The notes beneath the pieces were generated by a model, which saw only the letters and a program-made list of their open reading frames with translations, had not been told where the DNA came from and did not search any database. A program made the position numbers and the translations under genes. 64,000 bases of DNA from Octopus vulgaris (lineage: Eukaryota), in the NCBI GenBank assembly GCA_951406725.2, contig OX597843.1:1178001-1242000 (forward strand). Direction: 5' to 3'. The stretch's first letter is position 1. Each line of letters starts with the position of its first letter. Positions 53,493-64,000 of the stretch are shown here, piece by piece.

Positions 53493-54209
53493 GTTTAGAC
53501 CAAGATAAATTGTCATTGAAACTGAACTGTGGTCAAATGTGTTCTAACCACGACCATCTCATGATGGTATCGTTGGATACAAAGAATATTTGTTGCTATT
53601 TCTAGCATCTTTAGCTCATTGACAAGATTTCATATACTTACTCAGTCAAAGTGCATGACTCGACATTGTAGATGCAGTGTAGCAGGGTCTGTGTTTTGGT
53701 AGTTGTTAATGTCTTGGGGGTGACGAGAGTGCCTTGTTCAAGGAAGAGATACAATATGCATGCAGTGATGCAAATTTTTGAAACCTGCAATTGTTCTTTT
53801 TGGTGAAATAAGAGAATCAAATATGTGGTGAGTATAATAACTTCAATGAATTGAGACCGTCTGTGTCTGAGAAGTGAGCAGCTTTGAGTCCTACTTCATG
53901 CTCTTTGGTCACACATCTGCTATAGCCTGAGACTGACCAGTCCTGTGAGTGAAATTGATTAGAAACTGAAGAAAAATTCCACCATGTGTGTCATGGTCTT
54001 GACATTGTGCAACAGTTGTAAATGAGTGCCACTGTCATTGAAGCAGTGTTGTTTGTTTCCAGTCTTTCATGAAAACACATCCAGCCACGGAGAAATATTG
54101 ATTCCCTTGTTTGGAAATTGGTGAGGATTAGTAATAGGAAGTGTATTTCTCTCTTGAAAGTCTGCTTCAACAAATTTCATGTGAGCTTGGAAAATTGGAT
54201 GTTAGAATA

Positions 54210-54485
54210 TCATCATCATCATTTAGCATCCGCTTTCCATGCTGGCATGGGTTGGACGGTGCAACTGGGGTCTGGGAAGCCAGAAGGCTGCACCAGGCCC
54301 AGTCTGATCTGGCAATGTTTCTACGGCTGGATGCCCTTCCTAACGCCAACCACTCCGTGAGTGTAGTGGGTGCTTTTTATGTGCCAGGCGAGGCTGGCAA
54401 TGGCCACGATTGGATGGTGCTTTTTACGTGCCACCGGCATGGAAGCTAGTCAAGGCGGCGCTGGCAATGCCCACGTTCGAATGGT
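54210..54485 (-). mobile_element. Family D element
   Basis: Matches 25183. Confidence 0.85.
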
Positions 54486-54580
54486 TATGATGATATAAAC
54501 AACTGCAATATGGTGCCTGCCACTATTCATAAACAATATGTATGTCTTAGATGATTATCATGACTCTTCCATGATGCAGT

Positions 54581-54745
54581 GTTCTGAGTTCAAATTCCGC
54601 TGAGGTCGATTTTGCCGTTCATCCTTTTCGAGGTCGATAAATTAAGTACCAGTTACGCACTGGGGTCGATGTAAACGACTTAATCTGTTTGTCTGTCCTT
54701 GTTTGTCCCCTCTGTGTTTAGCCCTTTGTGGGTAGTAAACAAATA
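54581..54745 (+). mobile_element. 5'-truncated family C SINE
   Basis: gttctgagttcaaattccgc...ggtagtaaacaaata. Confidence 0.85.
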
Positions 54746-55198
54746 TATATGCATATATACATATGTGTGTGTGGTTTATCCAGTATAGCATAAGAACAGT
54801 GGGAAAGTGGCACTTCTTAGTTATGGTTAAAGTATGTCTACAGATTGCTCAGTTATATAATAACATTGTTGAGATATCCTGTTTTAGCTTGTCTTTGGGC
54901 TCCTCGGCTTTGATAAAAAGTCATTGCAAGCTGTTTGCAGTAGAAAGTTCACATGGACATTCCTGACAAATAAATTTTCTAATTGTTGGTGGTGATCTTA
55001 TTTGTTCAGCAAGTTGACAGCCATTATATTTTGTATTTTGTGTTGTGTCAAGATTATGACCATGTTAGAGACAAATGGCTAATAAATAATGGTAGTTTTG
55101 TGGCAGTTGTAGTAATCATTGTTGTAACAGATGCTGAGTTATTTGAATGTCCTTTGTCATTCAAAAAAAAAAAAAAAAAAAATCGGTAGTTAGTGTGT

Positions 55199-55363
55199 GG
55201 AGTGGCCGTGTGGTAAGTAGCTTGCTTACCAACCACATGGTTCCGGGTTCAGTCTCACTGCGTGGCACCTTGGGCAAGTGTCTTCTACTATAGCCTCGGG
55301 CCGACCAAAGCCTTGTGAGTGGATTTGGTAGACGGAAACTGAAAGAAGCCCGCCGTATATATG

Positions 55364-55396
<33 letters not shown>

Positions 55397-55609
55397 ATGT
55401 TTGTGTGTCTGTATTTGTCCCCCTGGCATTGCTTGACAACCGATGCTGGTGTGTTTATGTCCCCGTTACTTAGCGGTTCGGCAAAAGAGACCGATAGAAT
55501 AAGCTTACAAAAGAATAAGTCCCGGGGTCGAGTTGCTCGATTAAAGGCGGTGCTCCAGCATGGTCGCAGTCAAATGACTGAAACAGGTGAAAGAGTAAAA
55601 GAGAGAGAG
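55199..55609 (+). mobile_element. Family B SINE
   Basis: Matches 7304-7688. Confidence 0.9.
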
Positions 55610-55834
55610 TCTCAGAAAATCTTTTGCTGTCAGCAGTTTATTGAAGGTTGACTTGGTTGCAATTTCAAACTTGGACTTCACTTTACTGTTACCTCTTAAG
55701 TTTGATGAAATTAGGATCTACAGTAGATTTATCGCTATATATGTCACTTAAGCTGCTAAAAGCAGCATCTAGATCTTCCATAAATAATCTGTTTTCTTAA
55801 AAAAAGTAAGGGACTTTTTGGATAATGTGGTTCC

Positions 55835-56192
55835 ATCTCTCTCTCTATCCACTCAGTCGAAGTCGACTCTCAGTCACTCGTTGGATCAGTGTCCTCCAGT
55901 CAGTTCTATCCTGGGCCGCTTCCTTCAGATTGGCCATGTCCATTCCGGTATCACTCTTGATGGTGTCAAGACAGCGGGTTCTTGGTTGGCCTCTTCCTCT
56001 CTTGCCACTGACCATTCCAAGCATGATGTCCTTCTCCAGGGATTTTCTCCTCATAATATGACCAAAATATGCCAATCTGTGCTTGGTGATCCTAGCTTCT
56101 AGCGACATTTTCGGCCTGATCTGCTTAAGAACTTCTCCATTGGTGAGCCTCGCTGTCCATGGAATCCGCAAAAGTCTTCTCCAACACCATAT
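55835..56192 (-). mobile_element. 5'-truncated RTE/BovB-like LINE (intact C-terminal frame)
   Basis: CWRRLLRIPWTARLTN..YFGHIMRR.SLEKDIMLG.VSGKRGRGQPRTR..D...QDRTDWR...VTESRLRLSG*, followed by a (GA)n tail. Confidence 0.9.
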
Positions 56193-56735
56193 ATTAAAAC
56201 AAAAAAGAAGCCCAGTGTTTGCGTTAATGAGGATTCCTGGGTCTATGCAGCAAAAATATTGATTAGACTCAGGTGATTCCGAATTGAGTTAAATCTATTG
56301 TTAAATAGCCCAGTTATGGCTATCCCATTATATTTTCTTTTTTATTTTCTTGGAATGGTGTACCACAGACTACATTGTCCAACTCAATAAAGCAGTAGAG
56401 TGTGATATGAAGGAGATATGGTTGGAACTTCAACCTGGTTGAGCAGTCGTATATAGGTTCACACATTGGCTGATGCTAATTTATTTAGTTTAATCACCAA
56501 GTGCAGCATAATCTCTAACCGATCAGTGAATGTTAGAAGCCCAGATGTGTTCAGTCATAAGTAATGATGTAAGTTTTAAAATAATGGTGAGAAGCATAGT
56601 GTCTCATCTCATGTCCCTTTAAATCTTACTTTTAGGCCACCTCCTTTCTTTTTAGATCTATATATATATATATATCGTGCTAGCATGGGACACGGACATT
56701 AAATGATGATGGTATTTATATTTTTATATATATAA

Positions 56736-57077
56736 CATCCGAGTGTGGCTAGGGACAGGGCAGGGCGGTGGGGGTGTTACTGATGCATTTAGCCCCAGGC
56801 GATCATCAACGTCACCAGAAGGGCTGACGCCATCACGGCGTCCTCTAGCCTGCAAAGGGAGATCATTCCCCGAAGAAGCGGATGCCACATACGGACCCAG
56901 GTTTCAAGGTGTTTGCCTATCGTCATCCGCTTCTTCGGGGAATGATCTCCCTTTGCAGGCTAGAGGACGCCGTGATGGCGTCAGCCCTTCTGGTGACGTT
57001 GATGATCGCCTGGGGCTAAATGCATCAGTAACACCCCCACCGCCCTGCCCTGCCCTGTCCCTAGCCACACTCGGATG
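56736..57077. repeat. Near-perfect long palindrome: 149/154-bp arms, 39-nt loop
   Basis: 56736-56884 is the exact reverse complement of 56924-57077 except for one extra gccct unit. Confidence 0.95.
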
Positions 57078-57139
57078 GCTAACGTCCTTTATGTTATGGA
57101 GCAGTTACTGTCTATACCTCGTTTAGAGAATTATTATTG

Positions 57140-57180
<41 letters not shown>

Positions 57181-57230
57181 ATCTCTATAATATTGCCACT
57201 TGATATGAAAATTTTTGTATTAATGGAAAA

Positions 57231-57342
57231 CCTCTATAATTGTCTGATGAGTACTCAGCATTTTAAAACTGTTGTAATACTTACAACATTTAATAAAATG
57301 ATGTAGTACGAAACGATTGTACCAAGTACCAAATTACTGGAG
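57231..57342 (+). ncRNA. Hammerhead ribozyme motif in a (TA)n-flanked Penelope-like fragment
   Basis: CTGATGA-gtact...catttt..tgttgtaa-tac-ttacaaca..aaaatg..agtac-GAAAC-gatt-GTA. Stem I is imperfect. Confidence 0.6.
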
Positions 57343-57801
57343 TCATTCTTGTTGCTTATTTTGAGTATATATATATATATATATGTGTGTATAAAAAAAA
57401 TACAAACTGGGACAAGAACGCAAAACATTTAGAAGACGATACAAAAAACACGGACGGGACATTTGAAGCCTTCAATCGTCAGTCAAGAACCGGATCATCC
57501 TCACAATTTCGGGTATTTACTTTAAAGGGTTGGTCATTTTCTTTTAAAAATATATTATGCAATAGGGAGGAAGGATGGGTGTGTGTGTGCATACACCCCT
57601 ACACATGTATGTATGTATAGAACAAACCATCATCTAATCATATTTAGACGCATTGTAAGAAATCTAAATTTAGATATGTTGAAGCATTTTTTCCATTCTG
57701 TTGTGTTTAGAAAAAAAAAACCCCCAGAACAAAAAAAAAATTAAAAAACCCACATCTAAATATGATAACTTGATATAAGCAATTTGTTTTTTTCATTGCA
57801 G

Positions 57802-57852
57802 AGTTTCATCTGTGACTTGCTTAGCTCATGCCAGCAAAAACATATAGCAAAG
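57802..57852 (+). other. Candidate poison cassette exon, 51 nt
   Basis: Acceptor ttgtttttttcattgcag|A and donor AAG|GTACGA. TAG at 57845-57847 is in frame after the phase-2 exon at 42574. Confidence 0.45.
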
Positions 57853-58071
57853 GTACGACTCTAAATACCGCTCACCCTGGCTGACTGGAACATATTTTTT
57901 GTGTTGTTTTTTTTTCTTTTCATTTTTCTTTTTCCTTTTTTTTTTCCTCTGTCCACCTTCTCATCTTATTTTGTAGCGATCACCATTGTTGTCAGCTGAA
58001 TCAAACACCATACTCATAAGACATGTACATGAGTGTATAGATGTGTGTGTGTACCTATATATATATATATA

Positions 58072-58311
58072 TAATCAAAAAGGGTAATAATATAGGTTAT
58101 TATTACCAGTGGCCTAGCACAAAAGACGAATTAGTCATTAGACAAAATATTATTCATATAGAAATATAATAAAAGGCTCCCAAATAAGGAAGCTTAGTGC
58201 TAGAGACACAAAGAGGGATAAATTCATGGAGAGAGTGAAATTCAAAAACATTTACCATTAACGATATATCCCGGACTGATCAGTTTCTACCTCTTTCTAT
58301 TGGGAGCCTTG

Positions 58312-58320
<9 letters not shown>
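58072..58320. mobile_element. (TA)n-flanked Penelope-like fragment with short internal inverted repeat
   Basis: aaggctcccaa / ttgggagcctt. Minus strand carries GAA-ACTGATCAGT-C (half hammerhead) at 58274-58287. Confidence 0.4.
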
Positions 58321-58328
<8 letters not shown>

Positions 58329-58350
<22 letters not shown>

Positions 58351-59315
58351 GTCTGATCAATAAGTATCCGGATTGTTGCCATAGTAACGAAGCTAGAGTA
58401 TGCAGAGTGAAGCTGCTTGGCATAGATTGACTTTGAACTCTGCTGTGCCTGTGCCTTAAGTTTTAATGTTGCAGCTCACTTCTGCTGTTTACAGCAGTGC
58501 TTGGAAGGAAGGTGTGTAGTGTGTGATCGTTGCAGTGATCATGATAGAGAAAGCTGAGCAGAGAATCTGCATCAAACTTTGCCAAAAGCTTGGTGATTAC
58601 TGCTCAGAGACCTATGCAGAGTTTTCAAAAAAAAGTTTTCATCATAATTGACACAATCAAGGAGATCGCGTGCAACTGAAATCCGAGTCTTTTTGGCCAG
58701 TTGAAAGCAGTTTTGGCATAAACTTGGCTGACACGCGTCTCCTACTCTGATCTTCAGTGATAATGGACTCAACTGAACAATAACTAGTCTGCACACCCTT
58801 TGATGACTTAACCCTCACAGCTTGTGGTCCTCCCAGAACGTTCGTCACTATGGACATTTTGGAAACGTCTGATCCACTCATATGCTTGTGTGTGATCCAT
58901 GCACTCCTCTCCATACACTTTCTGCAACTTTGCGTCGGCCTCTGAGCAGGTATCGCCATGACAACTGTTTCTGTTGTGGTCAATCCGATGATCATACTTT
59001 AATTTCAAGCACTGCTGTAAACAAGAAGTGAGCGAGAAGGTAAAAATTGCTGTGCATGAACAGCAGAGGTCAAGACCAATCTTTGCCAAGTGGCTTTATT
59101 CTTTTCTTTTTTTATTCTTTTACATGTTTCAGTCATTTGACTGCGGCCATGCTTGAGCACCGCCTTTAGTCGAGCAAATCGACCCCGGGTCTTATTCTTT
59201 GTAAGCCCAGTACTTATTCTATCGGTCTCTTTTGCCGAACCGCTAAGTATCGGGGGCGTAAACACACCAGCATCAGTTGTCAAGCGATGCTAGGGGAACA
59301 AACACAGACACAAAC

Positions 59316-59346
<31 letters not shown>

Positions 59347-59600
59347 AATACATATATACGACAGGCTTCTTTCAGTTTCCATCTACCAAATCCACTCACA
59401 AAGCATTGGTCGGCCCGGGGCTATAGTAGAAGACACTTGCCCAAGATGCCACGCAGTGGGACTGAACCCAGAACCATGTGGTTGGTTAGCAAGCTACTTA
59501 CCACACAGCCACTCCTGCGCCTATTCTGCCATTCAGCCATTCTGTGTACTTTAGCCTCGTTACTATGGCAACAGCCCGGCTATTTATTGATTACAATTCG
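58329..59600. mobile_element. Second mariner derivative with inverted arms; a family B SINE is nested in the right arm
   Basis: Same termini and internal junction as 28321-29148. Transposase remnants EQRICIK (+) and CSEADAKLQKVYGEECMDHTQAYEWIRRF (-). Confidence 0.85.
59098..59521 (-). mobile_element. Family B SINE (full length)
   Basis: Reverse complement of 7304-7688. Confidence 0.9.
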
Positions 59601-60121
59601 TGTGTGGACACATGCGTGTTTTTTATATATTGTGTATATATATTCATACACACACTACACATACGGCCACTCACTCTTGTAATATGTCACATAATTTGAA
59701 TGTCTTTTTACACCCCCCCCCCAGTAAATATTTCTTACATGGGCATAAGGTGAGAAATTGGGTGGGAGGTGGGGGTTAGTCACGTTAACCTCCCTGAAAG
59801 GACGAAAGGTAGGGTTGACCTCGGTTTGATTTGAACTCGAAATGTAAAGTTCCAGGATGTATTTTGTTCAGCTCTGTCATGATTCTGCCAATGCACAGCA
59901 AAAAGTCTTCTCCCTCTTAATTTATAGATGTAGTCTCAGATATTGAGGTGATTTATAACAAGATGGTGGTGCTGGTGGTGGTGTGTGTGCATGTGTACAC
60001 ATGACTAGTTGAAAAAAAAAATTGCTATGAATCGTGTGGTTTGAAGTTCAATCTCGCTCATAACAACCACGAGCCAGTGTTGACCACCACCATAGCTTCA
60101 TGTTGACTGAGGCCTTGTTAA

Positions 60122-60342
60122 CCCTTTCGTTACCAACCCGGCTGAAACCGGCTCTGGCTCTTTAGTACAAATGTCTGGTTTTCAAAAGTTCTGAATTAAA
60201 ATCTTCCACCAAACCTGAGTCATAATTTACGTCCCTAACTCTAGCTTAATGATAACGATGTTATTTTACTTTGTTTTTTGTTATATTTAAAATAATTGGA
60301 AGAAACACTGAGCATCTCAAAATAAATTCAGTAACGAATGGG
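60122..60342. mobile_element. piggyBac-type MITE (opposite orientation)
   Basis: TTAA TSDs; TIR ccctttcgttac / gtaacgaatggg. Confidence 0.9.
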
Positions 60343-60428
60343 TTAATGAAACTAATTAGTAGTTAGCAAGGAACTGTATGGAAGTTTGTTGGGAGATTTA
60401 CATAAAGATGATGCAAAAGTCTCTAGAA

Positions 60429-61102
60429 CCTAGGTTCTCAACTGGGGTCCATGGGGCCCTTGAGGGTCGATATAAGATTTTTGAGGGTCCACCCAACATG
60501 ATAGTAAATTGGACATCCACATCTTGGGCAAGTATCTTCTGCTATAGCCCCGGGCTGACCAATGCCTTGTGTGTGGATTTGGTAGACGGAAACTGAAAGA
60601 AGCCTGTCGTATATATGTATATATATATATATGTATGTGTGTGTTTGTGTTTGTCCCCCTAGCATTGCTTGACAACCGATGCTGGTGTGTTTATGTCCCC
60701 GTAACTTAGCGGTTCGGCAAAAGACACCGATAGAATAAGTACTGGGCTTACAAAGAATAAGTCCTGGGGTCGAGTTGCTCGATTAAAGGCGGTGCTCCAG
60801 CATGGCCGCAGTCAAATGACTGAAACAAGTAAAAGAGTAATAGTATTTTAAGAGCTCCTGCAAAATGTTTGCTTTAGATGTATGTATTGGTGTGTATTGC
60901 AAGAAACGTCTAGGTTTCTCTTTCTAGCATTTCACGTGATTTAACCTACACAAGTTAATGTGTGAAAGACAAAATAGGAATTTTGAAAAAACTTTCTATA
61001 AAACTAGTTTTTAAACATTGAATTACCCATTCAACAGTGGGGTCCACCAGAATGAAATAGTAATCAAAAGGGTCCATTGATAAAAATGGTTGAGGGCCTT
61101 TT
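60429..61102. mobile_element. Old hAT-like MITE carrying a nested 5'-truncated family B SINE (60523-60840)
   Basis: TSD-like ctctagaa / ctctagag; degenerate TIR ggttctcaac / gttgagggcc. Confidence 0.55.
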
Positions 61103-62446
61103 CTCTAGAGTCTGTTGGAGTTTAACATGTAGGATGATTGAGATGTCCCGTTACCACTTAAATGATTTGTAAAATTTGAATTTTTTTTTTTTTTTTTTCA
61201 ATTTTGTTAAAATTTTGGTTTCCTATATTTTTAATACCATCTGTATTATTTGTTTGGAACATCTTGCAGGCATGGCCGTGTGTTTAAGAAGCTTGCTTTG
61301 TTGCAATCATGCGGTTTTGCGTTCAGTCCCAACTGAACCAAGGTCAGCTTTGCCTCTTATCCTTTGGTAGGGTGGTCAGAGGTCAATTAAAAAAAAAAAA
61401 AGTACCAATCCAGGTCTGTAGATTTGCAGAACTGTAAGATGTTCTGTAATATTTGTTTTGGCGCTTTGCATTCTGAGTTCAAATCCTGTCATGGCCTTAC
61501 ATGGGTGGTCCACCTAACCAGCTGCCTGGTGTAATGTCATCACCTAGTACATTGGGTGCCCTTTGCATACTTCATTGTTGCAAACATTCGAGCCAAGTCT
61601 CTGGTGTGAGGACACCTTCCTCCCAGGGTCAGAGGCCTTGTAAAGAGTTATAACCCCTCTCTTTTGACTGGAAGAAGATTAGCTGTCATAGTATTTTTCC
61701 AGTTGTCCAGATTGAAGGTGGAGTGGTGAGCAAGGTGGGAATAAGAAATCCTGACTTGTGGTTTGGTTGTGAGTAGAGCCTCAGGATCATTGGATCTTAT
61801 CTGTGGCCAGAGACCAAAGGCTAACCGTTAAGGAATGTTAAAACCAGACTGCACCGTGTTAAGCCTGCAAGCCAATGAGAGATAGACAAAGATACTGGAT
61901 GCAGTTACAAATAAAAAAGGATTTTTTTTCCTGTTTTTGATAAGTCAGGGTAGGAAGGACAGCATTGATGACCTTTTTACAGGCTTTCCAAGACTAGTGA
62001 AGAAAAAAGATGGAAGAAATCAAGACTCGTGGATTACTGCTGTAGGCTATTGAGAGCAATAAAGTAATAATGAGTTTATGGTATACAGTAGTCAAGTGCA
62101 CTACACTTTGTCAGAAAATGATAAAATAGGGGACAAAGTGGTGCTAAGACAGTAATGATAGGTAAAGATTCATGCAGGTTCTTGGTAAAGGTACATCAGG
62201 TTCATGTAGCTGGAATATATCTTGGTTTCCATGATGTATGAGTGACTGGGAGTATGGTATTCTCTATTGAGTAGAGCACTAGTCTGTTCAGCTACTCAGA
62301 GTATTTGGTTAGTACTCATTTTCTGCTGAGTGGTCCGAGAGCAACATGAAAAATTTAAGAACAACTTGCCACTTAGTGGTTAGAGTGTTGGGTTCACGTT
62401 CATAAAGTTGTGGTTTCAGTTTTCAGACTGTTGTGTGTCTTTACAT

Positions 62447-62665
62447 CAGTGGTTTTCAACCAGAGTTCCGCGGGACCTTAGGGTTCCGCCAGTACAGTCC
62501 AGGGGTTCTGCAAGAAGTTACAAAACTGCTAAAATCGGCAGTAATTTTTAATTTTCCTGTGCAGATATGTGTGCATAAGACTATTAAATTATTGTACAGG
62601 AGTTCCCCGAGCCAGTGGAATGTTTCCTTGGGGTTCCGCTCCAGCAAAAAGTTTGAAAAGCACTG
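62447..62665. mobile_element. hAT (Charlie-like) MITE
   Basis: TIR CAGTGGTTTTCAA / TTGAAAAGCACTG; perfect 8-bp TSD ctttacat. Confidence 0.9.
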
Positions 62666-63911
62666 CTTTACATATATGCGAAGTAGACATGATGAAACAA
62701 CAACAGTAAAAACAAAGAAGTGTATTTGTGGGGAGGGGCAGTAACAGAGGAAAAGAATCCATAGGTGCTTTCTTTAGAGTGCAGGAGTGGCATTACTTCA
62801 CTAAAGACTCAGGGGCTAGTGGTGGTTTCAAATTGGGCAATTGGTGTACCACTCAAAATATCATCATTGCATTCCACTTCTTCAAACAGGGCTGTTAAAC
62901 GTTTCTGGTCGCATGACCCACCAATCTAAATCTCTCGGTTGATACCAGATGCCCTGCAGTAATTTGTAGGTTTATCTTTCTAGAACTTTGTTGCTCATGT
63001 GATCTGCCGCTTGATGGTGAAGATGAATTACAGGCCCCCTCGGTTGTATTAGATGTGGGAATGGCAAAAGACCCAGTTGGGTTGGTGTCATAGCCAAAAC
63101 ATTGATAAATTTGCAGGAAGTGGATTGCTGAGACATAGCAAAAGTTTACCTTCAACAAAGACTAGGTCTGCATTCCAAGCTGGAATATGTCATTCTGCAA
63201 CAATTATTCCACCATGGGCCTGAAATGAGGCTTTACAGACTTCAGTTGAGGTCCACTGTGATATATTGCTCATATCTGGAACAGCGCTGTAGTTGCATAC
63301 TTTGTGCATGTTGAAAAGGAGCCACTTCACTGCTCAGCAGTAAAGCCATTGACAGGCACACTCCAGCTTTTGGCCTACCAACATGCTACATCCTCACTTT
63401 TACATTTTTATCTCTAATAAAAGAGCCTTTGCTCTTCAGAGCATCCTGGGCTCCTGCCACTACCACTCATTTTTCATGACCTACTTTTCACTCCTCCCAT
63501 AATGCTACCAGGTCAGGAATTGATCCCACAATCTTATAATCATGAACCTGACACCATAACCACTTGGCCACAAATGTAATATTTAAGTTAGCTTTATCAT
63601 CAATCCGGTGGTTCAGATATTGATTATAACTGGCACATCTAGGACTGATGCTTTCTCTCATAGAGTTTTGTTATGATAGATTTGTGAGGGAAATTTAAAA
63701 GGTGCTATGTGAAAGCCTGACAGGCTGAATGTGTGTGGGTTTGGATGTGTAAAATTGGTTGAGCATCATGTTAATTAGACAAGTGAATGAAGTATATATA
63801 ATCAAGTAAAACTGTTGTGGATGCTGGTTCAGCATTGTTGGAGTCCCATTGCTGAGATTTGTGAAAGTATGTGAAGAAAGAAATGTGTGTGTGATAATAC
63901 AGAAATATATA

Positions 63912-63942
<31 letters not shown>

Positions 63943-64000
63943 ATATGTATGGAAACAGATCTACACATAGTTAATATATATGAAAAAATATATGCATAGT

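Noticed and set aside
56743-57126. 127-aa GC-rich ORF
   Set aside because: Runs through the palindrome, has no recognisable domain and no splice signals.
57455-57490. Minus-strand CTGACGA with a small hairpin
   Set aside because: No GAAA box and no stem I pairing, so not a supportable hammerhead.

Overview
AT-rich, microsatellite-dense eukaryotic DNA with no long ORF. The SINE repertoire, (TA)n arrays and Penelope-like remnants resemble a coleoid cephalopod (Octopus-like) genome; this is inferred, not looked up. The window appears to be almost all intron of one + strand gene. Two well-bounded small exons (9297-9340 and 42515-42574) splice in frame to DDVVKTDGRADKER-R-RRRSRSSSRSRSTSPVKHR, an RS-domain N-terminus that is RBM39/CAPER-like by exon phase and composition (unconfirmed). 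Several further exon-like segments in repeat-poor islands (3734-3753, 34928-35008, 41437-, 57802-57852) would introduce premature stops, suggesting a multi-poison-exon (AS-NMD) architecture. The introns hold at least 4 tRNA-derived SINE families plus a (GAT)n-tailed retro-element family, RTE LINE fragments, piggyBac/hAT/mariner MITEs, and Penelope remnants carrying hammerhead-ribozyme motifs (one apparently a G3:C8 covariant). They also hold several fold-back palindromes, including a near-perfect 149-bp-arm hairpin. Almost all ORFs in the supplied track are microsatellite or SINE artefacts. Repeat boundaries are by eye and approximate unless TSD/TIRs are quoted.
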